From assembly GCF_009914755.1 (NCBI RefSeq), contig NC_060929.1: a DNA stretch of 64,000 bases; one strand, 5' to 3'. Shown in pieces: positions 20,082 through 36,751 of this stretch. The position numbers and the translations under genes were made by a program. The notes under the pieces are model-generated. The model saw nothing but the letters and a program-made list of their open reading frames with translations. It did no database searches and had not been told where the DNA came from. The DNA is from the human T2T-CHM13v2.0 reference genome, Homo sapiens. Position 1 is the stretch's first letter; every line of letters begins with the position of its first letter.

Positions 20082-20359
20082 GGCTGGGCGTGGTGGCTCA
20101 CACCTGTAATCCCAGCACTTTGGGAGGCCGAGGCGGGCAGATCATGAGGTCAGGAGATCGAGACCATCCTTACTAAGATGGTGAAACCCCATCTCTATTA
20201 AAAATACAAAAAATTAGCCGGGCATGGTGGCGGGCGCCTGTAGTCCCAGCTACTCAGGAGGCTGAGGCAGGAGAATGGCGTGAACCTGGGAGGCAGAGTT
20301 TGCAGTATGCCGAGATGGCGCCACTGCACTCCAGCCTGGGCGACAGAGCGAGACTCCAT

Positions 20360-20388
<29 letters not shown>
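20082..20388 (+). mobile_element. AluY inserted in a MER33/MER3-like MITE (approx. 20015-20515)
   Basis: Alu dimer with long A-tail; MITE core tagccactagccacatgt on both sides as inverted repeats. Confidence 0.9.
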
Positions 20389-20390
<2 letters not shown>

Positions 20391-20544
20391 TAAGTTCTTT
20401 AGTTGCACTAGCCGTATTTCAAATACTTGATGGATACATGTGGCTAGTGGCTAACATAATGGATAGCACAGATATAAAACATTTCCTCGTCATGTAAAGT
20501 TCTGTTGGATAGTGCTGATCTGTAGCTTATAGGATGGTATCTTA

Positions 20545-20949
<405 letters not shown>

Positions 20950-21186
20950 TCAAAGTGTTGGCAAATTATGTTTCTTAAAGAGGGCCTGCTTCCTAGATTG
21001 GAAATGGCCATCTTCTCTCAGTATCCTCACATGGTAGGGAGAAAAGCAGCTCTAGTGTCTCTTCTTATAAAGGAAGTAATGCCACCATAGGGGCTCTATT
21101 CTCATGACCTCATCTAAACCTAATTCTCTCCTAAAGGCCACACCTCCCAATATCCTCACTTTGGGGGTTAGGGCTTTATCATATGA

Positions 21187-21798
<612 letters not shown>

Positions 21799-22119
21799 TA
21801 TCATATGAATTTTGAGGGAACACAAACATGCAGTCTGTAGCAGATGGTAATAGGCTGATATATTGCACTTGTTGATGTAAATCTGATAGGTTTCTTTCTC
21901 TCCAAGGACAGATTTTTAAATATTTAACAATACCAATAGTGTTTCAGGTTCTGTGAGAATTTTATAATTTATAATTTCCAAACTTAAAATAATCTATAAT
22001 CTATTTTGTCCTAACAATTACAAATATATTTTTTATTTCAGATTATATATATTCCTACCACACGGAGATAATTACAGCTTTAAAAAATTTTATTTATTTT
22101 TTCATTTTATTTCACATAT

Positions 22120-22345
22120 TGACATTAAATTTTTATTGACACATAATAATTGTACATATATATGGGGTACAATGTGATGTTTTAATACATGTACTCAATG
22201 TGTAATGATCAAATCAGGATAATTTGCATAATTTTTTTTTGTAGGGAAAAATTCAAAATCTACTCTTCTGGCTATTTTCAAATATATAATACATTATTGT
22301 TAACTATACTCATCCTACTATGCAATAGGACACCAGAACTTATTC
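22120..22345 (-). mobile_element. L1MA/MB 3' end fragment
   Basis: ttgtacatatatatggggtacaatgtgatg...tgcaataggacaccagaacttattcct. Confidence 0.7.
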
Positions 22346-22347
22346 CT

Positions 22348-22649
22348 GGGTTCTACATCTGTTTATTAAACCATCCAAGGATTGGAAATATTGGAAAAAA
22401 AATTGCATCTGTACTGAACATGTACACTTTTTTCTTGTCCTTATTCCTTACACAATATAGTACAATAACTATCTGCATGACATTTACATTGGATATTGAG
22501 TGATCTAGAGTTGATATGAAGTATATGGGAGGATGTGCAAAGGTGATGTGCAAATACTGTGTCATTTTATATCAGGGACTTGAGTATCCTTTGTTATCCT
22601 CAGGAGATCCTGGAACTAGTCCCCCATGGATACTGAGGGCTGACTGTAT
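22348..22649 (-). mobile_element. MER2 (TcMar-Tigger MITE)
   Basis: Ends cccccatggatactgagggctgactg+TA; internal match to recalled MER2. Confidence 0.75.
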
Positions 22650-23760
22650 AGTCCTATCCTCACAGAACTTTGATTCTAATGAGGGAAGACTGACTATAAA
22701 CAAAATATATATAATAGGTGGTGGTAAGTACCGTGGAGAAGTAACAAATGGGGCAAAGTGAGTTATACAGCTCCATTCTTAGAAACCTTGGAGTAATTTT
22801 CTTAGTTTATACTCGTGGTGGTTTCCTTTTGTCTCCTTTATTACATGGGACTCTGACATGTGCCCATAGCTAGGGTGGCAGTAGGATCTACCCGATAGTA
22901 GGGTGGCAGTAGGATCTACCCGAAAGGCATCCTGCTGATACAGGACCAAAGGATCCTCTTGTTCTCGAGCCTATAAAAAGAGCTAATGGTCTTGCTTCTC
23001 TTAACTGTGGCCTCCTACACTGTGTTTTGGACGATTGGTGATGTCTTGGATATTCTGTTTCTTTGGAACTTTGAATATACAACACTTTACTAGGGAATTA
23101 GCAATGGAAGCAGAGCAAAAATGTACAGAGGAAACAGAATGCATAACTCTGATGGAATTGAAGTCATGAGGCAGCAGAAAGCTTAAACAGGCAGAGTGGG
23201 AGGGTTAGAGGGAATTTAATTGGGAGTAACAGAAGTAATAGTTAATGGAGCCAGAATGCTTGAGTCATGTAATTGCAAAGCAGAGTTGGGAGCAGCAGAT
23301 GCTAAAGAGTAGTTGCTGTAGTTACTCTTTGCGTTGTAGGAGCAGTTGTCATATTACTATATAGCTACTGAATGAAGAAGAGTTCTTAGTGAGGCCTGGG
23401 TGAACAGCTCTTCTTAGTATTCTGTGTGACCCCATTTGACCTTTTAACAAATCTCTAAGTAAATAAATAGCCCCTAAGGTAAACTAAGTTTTTCTCTGCT
23501 ATTTTTTTGCTTGAGAGAGCTATAACTGTAATAGACTTATATTTCTGAACATTTTAGTGCTTGCCAATATTTGGTAATATTTATGTTTCCTATATTTGTA
23601 ACGAACATTCTTCTTCCTTTACATTTTTTGTTAAATTATTGTTTCATACATAAAAGTTCACCTTTTATTGTATAAAATTGCCTCAGATTAATTTATACAC
23701 ATTGGCAATGGGTAAATAGAATTTTTCACATTATTAAAAACTGAAGGATGCCCATGTAAG

Positions 23761-23797
23761 CAAAAAACAAAAACAAAAACAAAAACAAAAACAAAAC
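23761..23797 (+). repeat. (CAAAAA)n A-rich tract
   Basis: Direct reading of the sequence. Confidence 0.9.
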
Positions 23798-24543
23798 GCA
23801 CAAAAATAAACCCAAACCCCTCAAACAATTTCAACCACAAAACATTTTACATATACTTACTAGTTTATTCTGAGAATTTTCTAGCCTTCAAGGATTAAAT
23901 TACACTGTAAAGTGTGGTAGTGTACCCATTTGATGTCTTTACTGGTGAATTAAGGGCCTTAATATAAAATTGCTTCAGATGTCTCTAATTTTTATAATGT
24001 TTAAATTAAAATATAATATTTAGAAAATTACAATACTACTAAGGCTGTAGCTTGAGGACTAATCATAAAATGAATACATCCCTGTAATTACTACCCAGAT
24101 AGAAGAAGTAGAGTGTTACCAGCACCAGAAACTTGTTTACCAGATATTACCCACAACCTTCTCATCCTGACTACTTGCACCATAGATTACTTTTGCCTAT
24201 ATTTGAATATTACTTAAATGGGTAAATACAGCATATATTGTTTTTGTCTGGCTTCTTTCACTTGATTATATTTGTAAAATATATCCATATGGTTTATAGC
24301 AGAAATTTGTACATTTCAATTGCTGTACAGTGTGCTACTGTATGAATATATATCTACTTAGCTATTTTCTGCCTGTGGACATTTGACTTATTTCTGGTTT
24401 GGGGCTATTATGAGTAGTTTTTCTGTGAACATTCTTGTAGATGTCATTTGGAACATATATTTGCTTTTCTGTTGGGTATATACTTGGTAGTGGAATTGCT
24501 AGGTCATTGATTATGCATACATTCTGCATTAGCAAGTACTTCT

Positions 24544-24830
24544 TTTTTTTTTTTTGAGACCGAGTCTCACTCTGTTGCCCAGGCTGGAGTGCAGTGGCAC
24601 AATCTCAGCTCACTTCAACCTCTGTCTCCTGGGTTCAATTCTTTTGCCTCAGCCTTCTGAGTAGCTGGGACTACAGGCATGAGCCACCACGCATGGCTAA
24701 TTTTTGCATTTTTAGGTTTTAGGGTTTTGCCATGTTGGCCAGGATAGTCTCAAATGCGTGAACTCAAGTGATTCACCCGCCTTGGCCTCCCAAAGTGCTG
24801 GGATTACAGGTGTGAGCCACTGCACCAGCC
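24544..24830 (-). mobile_element. AluS/J
   Basis: Antisense Alu; cattagcaagta / cattagcaggta flanks. Confidence 0.9.
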
Positions 24831-26139
24831 CATTAGCAGGTATTTCTAATAGATTTTGAAAATCATTGTACCAATCTACCCTCCTACCCATAGTCCACAA
24901 AAGTTACCTTACATCTTTGCCAACACTTTGTGTTGTCAACCTTTTAAATTTTAGTCATTTTGGTGGATATATAGTAGTATTTCATTGTGGCTTTATTTTG
25001 AATTTTTGTGATGCATGATGAGATTAGACAACTTCTCATAACATTATTGGATATTTGGATATCCTTTCTCAAATGGTTAAATCTTTTGGCCATTTTTCCG
25101 GTGGTTGCCTTTTTTTTTTAAATACCATTTAATAGATTTTAAAAATATGGTGGATCTGGGGACTTTCGTTGGTTAAATAGGAGGCACATATTCACTCGCA
25201 ATTTTTGGCTTGTTTTGTCACTGTTTGTGATGTCTTTTGGTGAATAGAAGTTACTAATTTTGATGAAGGTAACATTTGCATTCTTTTTTTTATGGTTAGA
25301 ATTTTTTTGTTTTCTGTTTAAGAAAATTTTTCTTTAACCCCGTGTTGTCAATTTTATCTTCCAGAAGTTTAGATATATTACTTTTAAAAGTTAATAATTA
25401 ATGCCTACACTGTACCTGGAATTGATTTTTATGTGTGTTGTAAAATAAGGACAAAGATTTATTATTTACAATGTCAAATTGACTCAGCATCATTCATTGA
25501 AAAGACTGCTTTCATCACTTTTGTCATAAATCAGGTGGTCTTTTTCTTGTCATATTGCATGGTCAAGGACCTCTATCGTATGTTGAATAGAAGTGTTGAA
25601 AATAGGCTTTCTTTTCTTGCTCCTAATGTCAGAGGGAAGGTTTTTAACATGTCAGCATTAAGGAAGATATTTGTTATAGTTTTTTTTTAATGATACCCTT
25701 TATCAAATTAAGAACTTTCCCTTTACTTCCTAATTTGCCAGGAGGTTTTATGAAATTATTAGTGAATATCCCAAGTTTAAATACAAATTTTGTTGAAGTA
25801 CAATTTGTATGCAAGATTTTGCCATTCTTAAAGCCTTGACTTGAATGCTTTGATATTTGCATACACTTGCATAAGTATCACTGAAAACAAATATACCCAT
25901 CTCCTCAGAAAGTTCTCTTGATTCTTTTTCATTCTATGTCCCTCCTTCCCATAGAGGCAAGTACTTTTAAATTTTTATTGCCATAATATTTTCCTATTTT
26001 TTTGACTTTATGTAATTGGGATTATATAATATATAGTATGTTTCTTTTTTGTTTTACTCAATAAAATGTTTATGACATTTATCCATGTATTTCATTGCAT
26101 GAATATACCAAATGTACAAATTATATATACAACGTGTAA

Positions 26140-26448
<309 letters not shown>

Positions 26449-26992
26449 AAGTGTACAATTTAGATTATTGTTTTCAGCTTTTGGACGTAATGAATAAAGC
26501 TGCTTTGAACGTTTTTGTATGAGCCTTTTTGTGTGCTATGAACATACCTAAGAATAGAACTGCTGAGTCGTAGGATAGGTACATGTTTACCTTTATATGA
26601 AACTGCCAAACAGTTCTCCAACATATTTTTTTATCTTACACTTTACCAGTTGTGTATGAGAATTCTAATTGCTCCACATTCTTGACCATATTTGATATGG
26701 TCAGTATCTTTGATTTAACCATTTTAGTGGGTGGGTATAAAATGATACCTTGTGTTTTTTTGTTTTTGCATTTCATAAATGATTAATGATGTGAAGCACC
26801 TTTTAATGTTTTTATAGAGCACTTGAATATATTTTGTTAAGTATCTATCTTTTTACTTTTAGTGGGTTGTTGGTCTTTTTATTCTTTTTTTTTTAAATCA
26901 GTGTATTTTAGGAGATACACGTACACACACAGCAATAATCCTTTGCATTACAAATATTTTCTCCTACTCTGTAGCTTGGTGTATTCATATTC

Positions 26993-27291
<299 letters not shown>

Positions 27292-28202
27292 TTACATTCT
27301 TAATGTTGTCTTTTGATATGTTTTATCAGATACCTGAATTACTTTTCTTCCTTTATGCTGGATTTTTAGAAAGTCACATGAATTGACTTGAATATTAAAC
27401 CTGTCTTGCCTTCCTGGAGTACATTTTACATGATTGTGATATCTTTTCCTTTTATATATATATTGCTGGATTCCATCTGCTATATTTTGTTTGGAACATT
27501 TTGTATCTGTGTTCATGAGAAATAGATATAGTTTGCTGTTTCCAGCTTTTGGAAACATATGTTTAGATCATTGATTAAAACATTTTTTTTGTAATATATG
27601 CATTTAACTCCATAAATTTTCTACTAAATACTAAATTTTCTACTTTAGCTATATGTCACAAGTTCTAATTTATTATATTTTCATTATCATTCAGTTAACA
27701 TTTTCTAATTTGTATTGTGTTTTTTTCTTTGATCTAAGGATTACTTATAGGTATCTTGCTTTATTTTCAAACATTCAGTGGTTTTCAGATTATTTTTGAG
27801 AATTTATTTGTAACAGTTCCACTAGGATTAGAGAACATATGCTATATGATTTTAGGTTTTTGACATTTATTGAGACTTGATTTACAGATTTGCATATGTC
27901 AATTTTTTAAACATTATTTGTATACTTGACTGCATTTTTTGTTGTGGATCCAACATAGGTAAATTAGTTTATTAATTTTGTTGTTCTAATCTTCTCTATC
28001 CTTATTGCTCTTCAAAAATTGGCTGGTAGGATCAGTTACTGGAAAAGAGATGTTGAAATCTCCGAGTGTGATTGTAGATTTGCCTGTTTCTCCTTTTAGT
28101 TTTGTAATTTTTTGCTTTATGTATTTGGAGGAATGTCACTAGGCATGAGCACACTTAGAATTATTGTATCTGCCTGGTAGATTTCCCCATTTGTTATTAT
28201 TC

Positions 28203-28520
28203 TTTTTTTTAATCTTCAGCTTTTATTTTAAGTTCCAGGGCTACATGTGCAGGATGTGCAGGTTTGTTACATAGGTAAACGTGTGCCATAGTGGTTTGCT
28301 GCACCGATTAACCCATCACCTAGGTATTAAGCCCAGCATCCATTAGCTATTCTTCCACATGCTCTCCCCCTGCCACCCAGGCCCCATTGTGTGTTGTTCC
28401 CCTAGGTGTGTTGTTCCCCCACATGTGTCCATGTGTTCCCATCATTCAGCTCCCACTTATAAGTGAGAACATGCAGCATTTGGTTTTCTGTTTCTGCATT
28501 AGTTTGCTGAGGATAATGGT
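28203..28520 (-). mobile_element. L1PA (older) 3' end fragment
   Basis: catgtgcaggatgtgcaggtttgttacataggtaaac 3'UTR. Confidence 0.85.
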
Positions 28521-28552
28521 GAAATTTCCTTTTTATCTCCAGTAATGTTCCT

Positions 28553-29215
<663 letters not shown>

Positions 29216-29389
29216 TGATATTCGTAAGATATACCAGCTTTATTTTAGTAAGTCTTTGTGAAATATGTTTTTACATTCTTTTAATTCACACTCTCCATAT
29301 AAATAAATTGTCTTTTTTATGCAGAAGTTTTCTATCCATCCTGTCAAACTTTGTCTTTTAATTATAACCTTTAAGTTAGTTATATTTAA

Positions 29390-29797
<408 letters not shown>

Positions 29798-30015
29798 TGC
29801 ATTAATTTTTAATACTATGTTTTCTCTTCTCTGTTAGCTTTTTAGTTTATTGTCTTTTACTATTCTTTTAGTCGTTAGTCTAAAGATTACAACTTAACAA
29901 AGTCTATTATAAATTAGTACTTTTACTACTTCCCAGTCAATACAAAGACTTTGGATCATTAACTACATGTAACTGCATTTACTCCCTCCTGCCATTTTGC
30001 AGCTGTTTTCACGTA

Positions 30016-30696
<681 letters not shown>

Positions 30697-31109
30697 ACTT
30701 TTACATATTGGTATATGCATTTTAAACCATTCAGGTGGTATTGTTATTTTATGCAGTCAGTATTCATAACTTATTCATTCATTTACTTGTATATTCTCCC
30801 TTTCTGTTATTCTTCATGCCATACTCTGTGCTTTTATTAGGGATCATTTTCTTTCTACCTGGAGAATTCTGTGTAGTATCTCTTTTAAAGCAAGTCGACT
30901 GTTGACAAATTCTGTTAGTTTTAGTTTTTCTGAAAACATCTTTATTTTGCCTTTAAGTGATTCTGTAATTCTAGCTACTCACTTATTTCTTGACCTCTCT
31001 ATTTAAAATATTTATCCCTGTCCTGTTACCTTCCTAGCTTTATTTCCCCCACATACTTATTACCGTTTTTTCATATAATATATTTTACTTATTTATTAGC
31101 TTAGTATTG

Positions 31110-32545
31110 ATTTTGGGAGGAAGGGCTCACCATAGTTGGCAGGTTGGATCTTCAGCAGCAACAACAGTTAGGTCAAGTTAAGAGTTGCTGTTGGGCTCAT
31201 CTACAACTTCTATTCATGCCACCATGACTATTTCATTTACAAGCCTATTGTGTTAACAGTCACAGCCAAACTGGCCAAGTCACTTTGCATGGTTATTCAT
31301 TGCCTCTTTTGAGGTTGATGCTTTCTGGGATTAACTTGTGACACAAAAAGCTTCATACTTGTCCCCTTTCATATGTCTATCTACATGAGACAAGGAGATC
31401 TTCTCCTCATCTCCTTGTCTCAATCTCCTGTTCTTTTATAGGGTTTCTCTCTTATTTTCTGGAAAGGTTGTATCTTACCAGTGTATGTGCTACTTCTTGC
31501 TCACCTGATTGAGTTAATGTGATATTTAGACCATGGATCAACATGAATTTCTTTGGATTGCCCATATCCCCTGGGACTCTAAAGGCTGGAAAATTAATAA
31601 TAGCCTTGATTCAGGCATTTAAATGTATGCTATTGTTAGTTGGATGTGACTGTCAGCTGCTTTCAGTCCTCCTTAATAGGGGCAGAAAAACATGCTTCAT
31701 GAGATCAATGACTGCATACCACTTATCTGATCAAGACCAATAACCCAGTCTTTATATGCTGCCAAAGAGACTATCTGGCTTTCATGCTATAGTCTTTAAT
31801 TGGTGATTTGTCACTTTCAGCCTTTTGTTGTTTTTCTCCGTTGCATCGACTGCTCTTAGCAACAGCTATCGAATTCCTAGTCCTTTTAATTACTTCTCTG
31901 TACTTCACAAATGCCTGAAATATTGCACCTGCCATGGCTTCTCTTTCACCAACAAAAGTTTCAGCAATTGTGGTTGCCCTACTGTGGCATGTTAGGGACT
32001 GTGTGCCACCAGTAATGGGTTTCTCATTGCTAGCCAGTTTGTGGTTGATACAGCATCAGATTCTCATTTGAAGTCAAAACTTCATAGGACCACTTTTGGT
32101 ATCAACTCTCCCAGGTCAGGTTTCCCAAAAACACACTTTGAAATGTCTGTATTTGCATGTCAGAAGTTTATATTGGGGAGTGTTTTGGGGTCAATCCCTG
32201 TGAGAGAGGGTACAAGGGAAACAGCATTGTGAAGATGGGGAAATTGAATTGCCATGTAGTTGCCATAGCAGCAACAACTGTTCCACAGGGAGATCTGAAG
32301 CTAAAATAACCCCTCTGAGATATTTCAGGAATGGACTATTTTACTGCATATTGACCAGTCATTGAATGTGGGCTGTTTTGGGGTGGTATAATAGCATAAC
32401 CTTTGGTGAGGGAGTTGCAACTCAGGGAAATTCCTGAGGGTTCAGTTATTAGCCATCAGTAGGCAAAATCCCAGAAGCTGGGAGAATGAGCACTTCACTT
32501 CTGAAGGGGGAGTTCTGGGTAGCACACCACTGTATTCACTACAGC
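31110..32545 (-). mobile_element. Old ERVL-type LTR (approx. 32105-32545) plus adjoining internal remnant
   Basis: PBS-like acttttggtatcaa next to an LTR-like terminus; heavily decayed. Confidence 0.4.
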
Positions 32546-32892
32546 CACAATGGCAAGATCAAGATCAGTTTTAGTGGAATGGTGAGGGTGGAAAGGTATT
32601 GTAGTGCTAAAGAACTAAAGGAGGAGATGAGGAGGCTTGAAAACTTGTTCAAACAGCTTAGCTGTGAAGGGGATGAGAGAGAGAAGATAGTAGAAGTTCC
32701 TGAGGAGACTGGGAGAGATGAGATCCAGGATATAAGTATGATTTGCCATGGACTGGAAGAGGTTCATTTCTACCATTGTAATGAAAGAGGAGGAGGAAGA
32801 AAGTTCAGGTAAAGATAAGTTTATAACAATAATGAGAGGAAGTTGAGGCAGTTCTTGTTTTCTGAGAAAGAGCCAGAAGATTTAACAGCTGA

Positions 32893-33316
<424 letters not shown>

Positions 33317-33478
33317 CTAGTGGGTATTTAGAACCCATTTGAGGTTGATGTTCCTGATTTTGTGGAATTATCAATTTGTCCATTTGTGTAACATTTTTTT
33401 TTCTGGCAATACTTAATGTAGTAAAATTATAAACATTGTGCTTAGTATCTTACCAACTTTCCTTTTCTTTTCGTACAG

Positions 33479-33632
33479 CCATCAGATCAAGTCATTACAG
33501 TATAGTAACACAGGAGACATGATTCTTGTTGTATCTGGAAGCTCTCAGGCCAAGGTGATTGACAGAGATGGTTTTGAAGTAATGGAATGTATAAAAGGAG
33601 ACCAGTATATTGTGGACATGGCCAACACCAAG
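33479..33632 (+). CDS. WDR70: WDR70 internal coding exon (154 nt, probably exon 8), WD40 region
   Basis: Pyrimidine tract+cag acceptor and AAG/gtaagc donor; encodes (C)HQIKSLQYSNTGDMILVVSGSSQAKVIDRDGFEVMECIKGDQYIVDMANTK, recognised as WDR70; no lesions. Confidence 0.92.
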
Positions 33633-33689
33633 GTAAGCATTAAACAGAATATTTTAATGAATTAATTCAGCACACATTTATTAACAACT

Positions 33690-36500
33690 ATTTGAGTTAT
33701 CATGTAATAATTTTCCCCAAAAGTTAGTGTCATAAAACAATAGCAATTTATTTGTTCTCACAATCATGTGGATTGATTGGGTGGTTCTGCTTCATACAGT
33801 ATCAGCTGGAGCACTAGGATCGCTGTAAGATACAAAAGGGGCCCAGATGGTTTGCAGTCAGTGTCCTGCTCCATGGCATCTCTCTGTGTCTTTGCCTCTT
33901 CCTTACTTCTACCCCACCCCTTCCCTTCTTGCTGGCTCTCTGTCTCTCTGTCTTTTTCTCTTGCCACATGTCTAGTTTGGGTCTTTTCACAGTGTGGTAG
34001 TCTTAGGTGTATTAGTCTGTTCTCATGCTGCTAATAATGACCTATTTGAGACTGGATAATTTATAAAGGAAAGAGGTTAATTGTTTCACAGTTCTGCATG
34101 GCTGGAGAGGCCTCACAATCATGGTGGAAGGCAAGGAGGTGCAAAGTCGTGTCTTACATGGCGGCAGGCAGGAGAGAGCATGTGCAGGGGAACTCCCATT
34201 TATAAAACCATCAGATCTCATGAGACTTATTCACTACCATGAGAACAGCATGGGGGAAACTGCCTCCATGATTCAATTATCTCCACCTGGCCCCGCCCTT
34301 GACACATGGGAATTGTTACAATTCAAGATGAGATTTGGGTGGGGACACAGCCAAACCATTTAATTCTGCCTCGGCCCCTCCGAAATCTCATGTCCTCACA
34401 TTTCAAAACCAATCATGCCTTCCCCAAAGTCCCCCAAACTCTTATTTCAGCATTAACTCAAAATTCCATAGTCCAAAGTCTCATCTGAGACAAGGCAAGT
34501 CCCTTCCACCTATGAGCCTGTAAAATCAAAAGCAAGTTAGTTACTTTCTAGATAAACAGGGATACAGGCTTTGGGTAAATACACTTTTTTCAAATGAGAG
34601 AAATTGGCCAAAGCGAAAGAGCTACAGGCCCCATGCAAGTCCAAAACCCAGCAGGCAAATCTTAAAGCTCCAAAATGACCTCCTTTGACTCCATGTGTCA
34701 CATCCAGGTGATGCAAGAAGTGGGTTCCCAGGGTCTTGGGCAGCCCCGCCCCTGTGGCTTTGCAGGGTACAGCCCCCCTTCTGGCTGCATTGAGTGTTGG
34801 CAGCTTTTCCAGGCACACAGTGCAAGCAGTCAGTGGATCTACCATTCTGGGGTCTGGAGGATGGTGGCCGTTTTCTCACAGCTCTGCTTGGCAGTACCCC
34901 AGTGGGGACTCTGTGTGGGGGCTCCAACCCCATATTTCCCTTTGACACTGCCCTACCAGAGGTTATCCATGAGGCCCCCCACCGCTCCCTGCAGCAAACT
35001 TTTGCCTGGATTTTCAGGCATTTTCATACATCTTCTGAAATCTAGGCGGAGGTTCACGAACCTTAATTCTTGACTTCTGTGCATCTGCAGGCTTAACACC
35101 ACCTAGAACCTGAAAGGTTTGGGACTTGCACCCTCTGAAGCCATGGCCTGAGGTGTATCTTGGCCCCTTTTACCTATGGCGGGAGCAGCTGGGATGTAGG
35201 GCACCAAGTTACTAGGCTGCACACAGCAGGGGGTTCTGGACCCACAAAACCATTTTTTCCTTCTAAGCCTCCAGGCCTGTGATGGGAGGGTCTGCTGTGA
35301 GGGTCTCTAACATGCCCTGGAGACATTTGCCCCATTGTCTTGGTGATTAACATTTGGCTCCTCATTACTTATGCAAATTTCTACAACCCAGTTTCCTCAG
35401 AAAATAGATTTTTCTTTTCTGTTGCATCATCAGGCTACAAATTTTCTGAACTTTTATGCTCTGCTTCTTCTCGAATGCTTTGCTGCTTAGAAATGTCTTC
35501 TGGCAGATACCTTAAATCGTCTCTGTCAAGTTCAAAGTTCCACAGATCTCTAGGGAACTCTAGAAAAAAATTCTTATTTCACTCTTTCCCGCCTATCTTA
35601 TGCCCTTTTCTAATACAGGGGCACAATGCCTCCAGTGTCTTTGCATAGTAAGAGTGACTTTACTCCATTTCCCAACAAATTCCTCATCTCCATCTGAGAC
35701 CACCTCTGCCTGGACCTTATTGTCCATATCACTATTAACATTTTGGTCAAAGCCATTCAACAAGTCCCTAGGAAGTTCCAAACTTTCCCACATTTTCCTA
35801 TCCTCTTCTGAGCCTTCCAAACTGTTCCAGCCTCTCCCTGTTACCCAGTTCCAAAGTTGCTTCCACATTTTCGGGTATCTTTACAGCAGCACCCCACTCT
35901 ACTGGTATCAACTTATTGTATTAGTCTGTTCTCACACTGCAAATAAAGACATACCTGAGACTGGGTAATTTATAAAGGAAAGAGGTTGAATTGACTCACA
36001 GTTCTGCATGGCTGGGGAGGCCTCACAATCATGGTGGAAGGCAAGGAGATGCAAAAGCATGTCTCACATAGCAGCAGGCAGGAGAGAGCATGTGCAGGGG
36101 AACTCCCATTTATAAAACCATCAGATCTCATGAGACTTATTCAGTACCATGAGAACAGTATGGGGGGAACCGTCCCCATGATTCAGTTATCTGCACCTGG
36201 CCCCACCCTTGACATGTGGGAATTATTACAATGCAAGGTGAGATTTGGGTGGGGACACATCCAAACTATATCAGTAGGTTTTGACTTCTTGCTTGATTGC
36301 TAGGTTGCATGGAGGACAAACATGGAAATTAATTAAGTACCTTAATATCTGGCTTCAGATCTTAGACAGGATCAGAGGGCCAGCTCAAATTTGCAAGGAG
36401 GGGAGGTAGATCCCACCATTATATGGGTGAATGGCAAAATCAAACAGAAATTATGTGGGATGGGAGATACTGATGCAGGCATCTTTGGAAACATTCTACT
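33690..36500. mobile_element. Old MLT (MaLR/ERVL) LTR split by THE1
   Basis: MLT-like start (taaaacaatagcaatttatttg...) and end (caggcatctttggaaa...) on either side of THE1. Confidence 0.5.
34008..36273 (-). mobile_element. Full-structure THE1C/D MaLR (LTR 34008-34363, internal, LTR 35917-36273)
   Basis: Two direct LTRs of about 356 bp, internal region of about 1.55 kb, 5-bp TSD ttagg/gtagg. Confidence 0.92.
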
Positions 36501-36549
36501 TAGCTAATTTTATGCTAGGCTTTAGGTCAAGAAGGAGAGAGAGAGCTGA

Positions 36550-36727
36550 CATGCTGTGGTACACACTTACAGTCCCAGCTACTTGGAAGGCTGAGGCAGG
36601 AGGATTGCTTGATCCCAGGAGTTTGAGGTAGTGTGCGATGATCATGCTTGTGAATAGCCACTAGCCACTGAACTCCAGCTTGGGCAACATTGAGACACCC
36701 TGTCTCTTAATTTAAAAAAAAAAAAAA
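36550..36727 (+). mobile_element. FRAM/AluJ right monomer
   Basis: Single Alu arm with A-tail. Confidence 0.8.
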
Positions 36728-36751
36728 GGAAAGAAAGTGGTCTCAGTTTTT

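Noticed and set aside
33438-33665. 75-aa ORF as a stand-alone gene
   Set aside because: Only 33479-33632 is coding; the flanks are intronic, beyond canonical splice sites
34121-36303. Two similar ORFs (MVEGKE...) suggesting a duplicated gene
   Set aside because: They are the two THE1 LTRs
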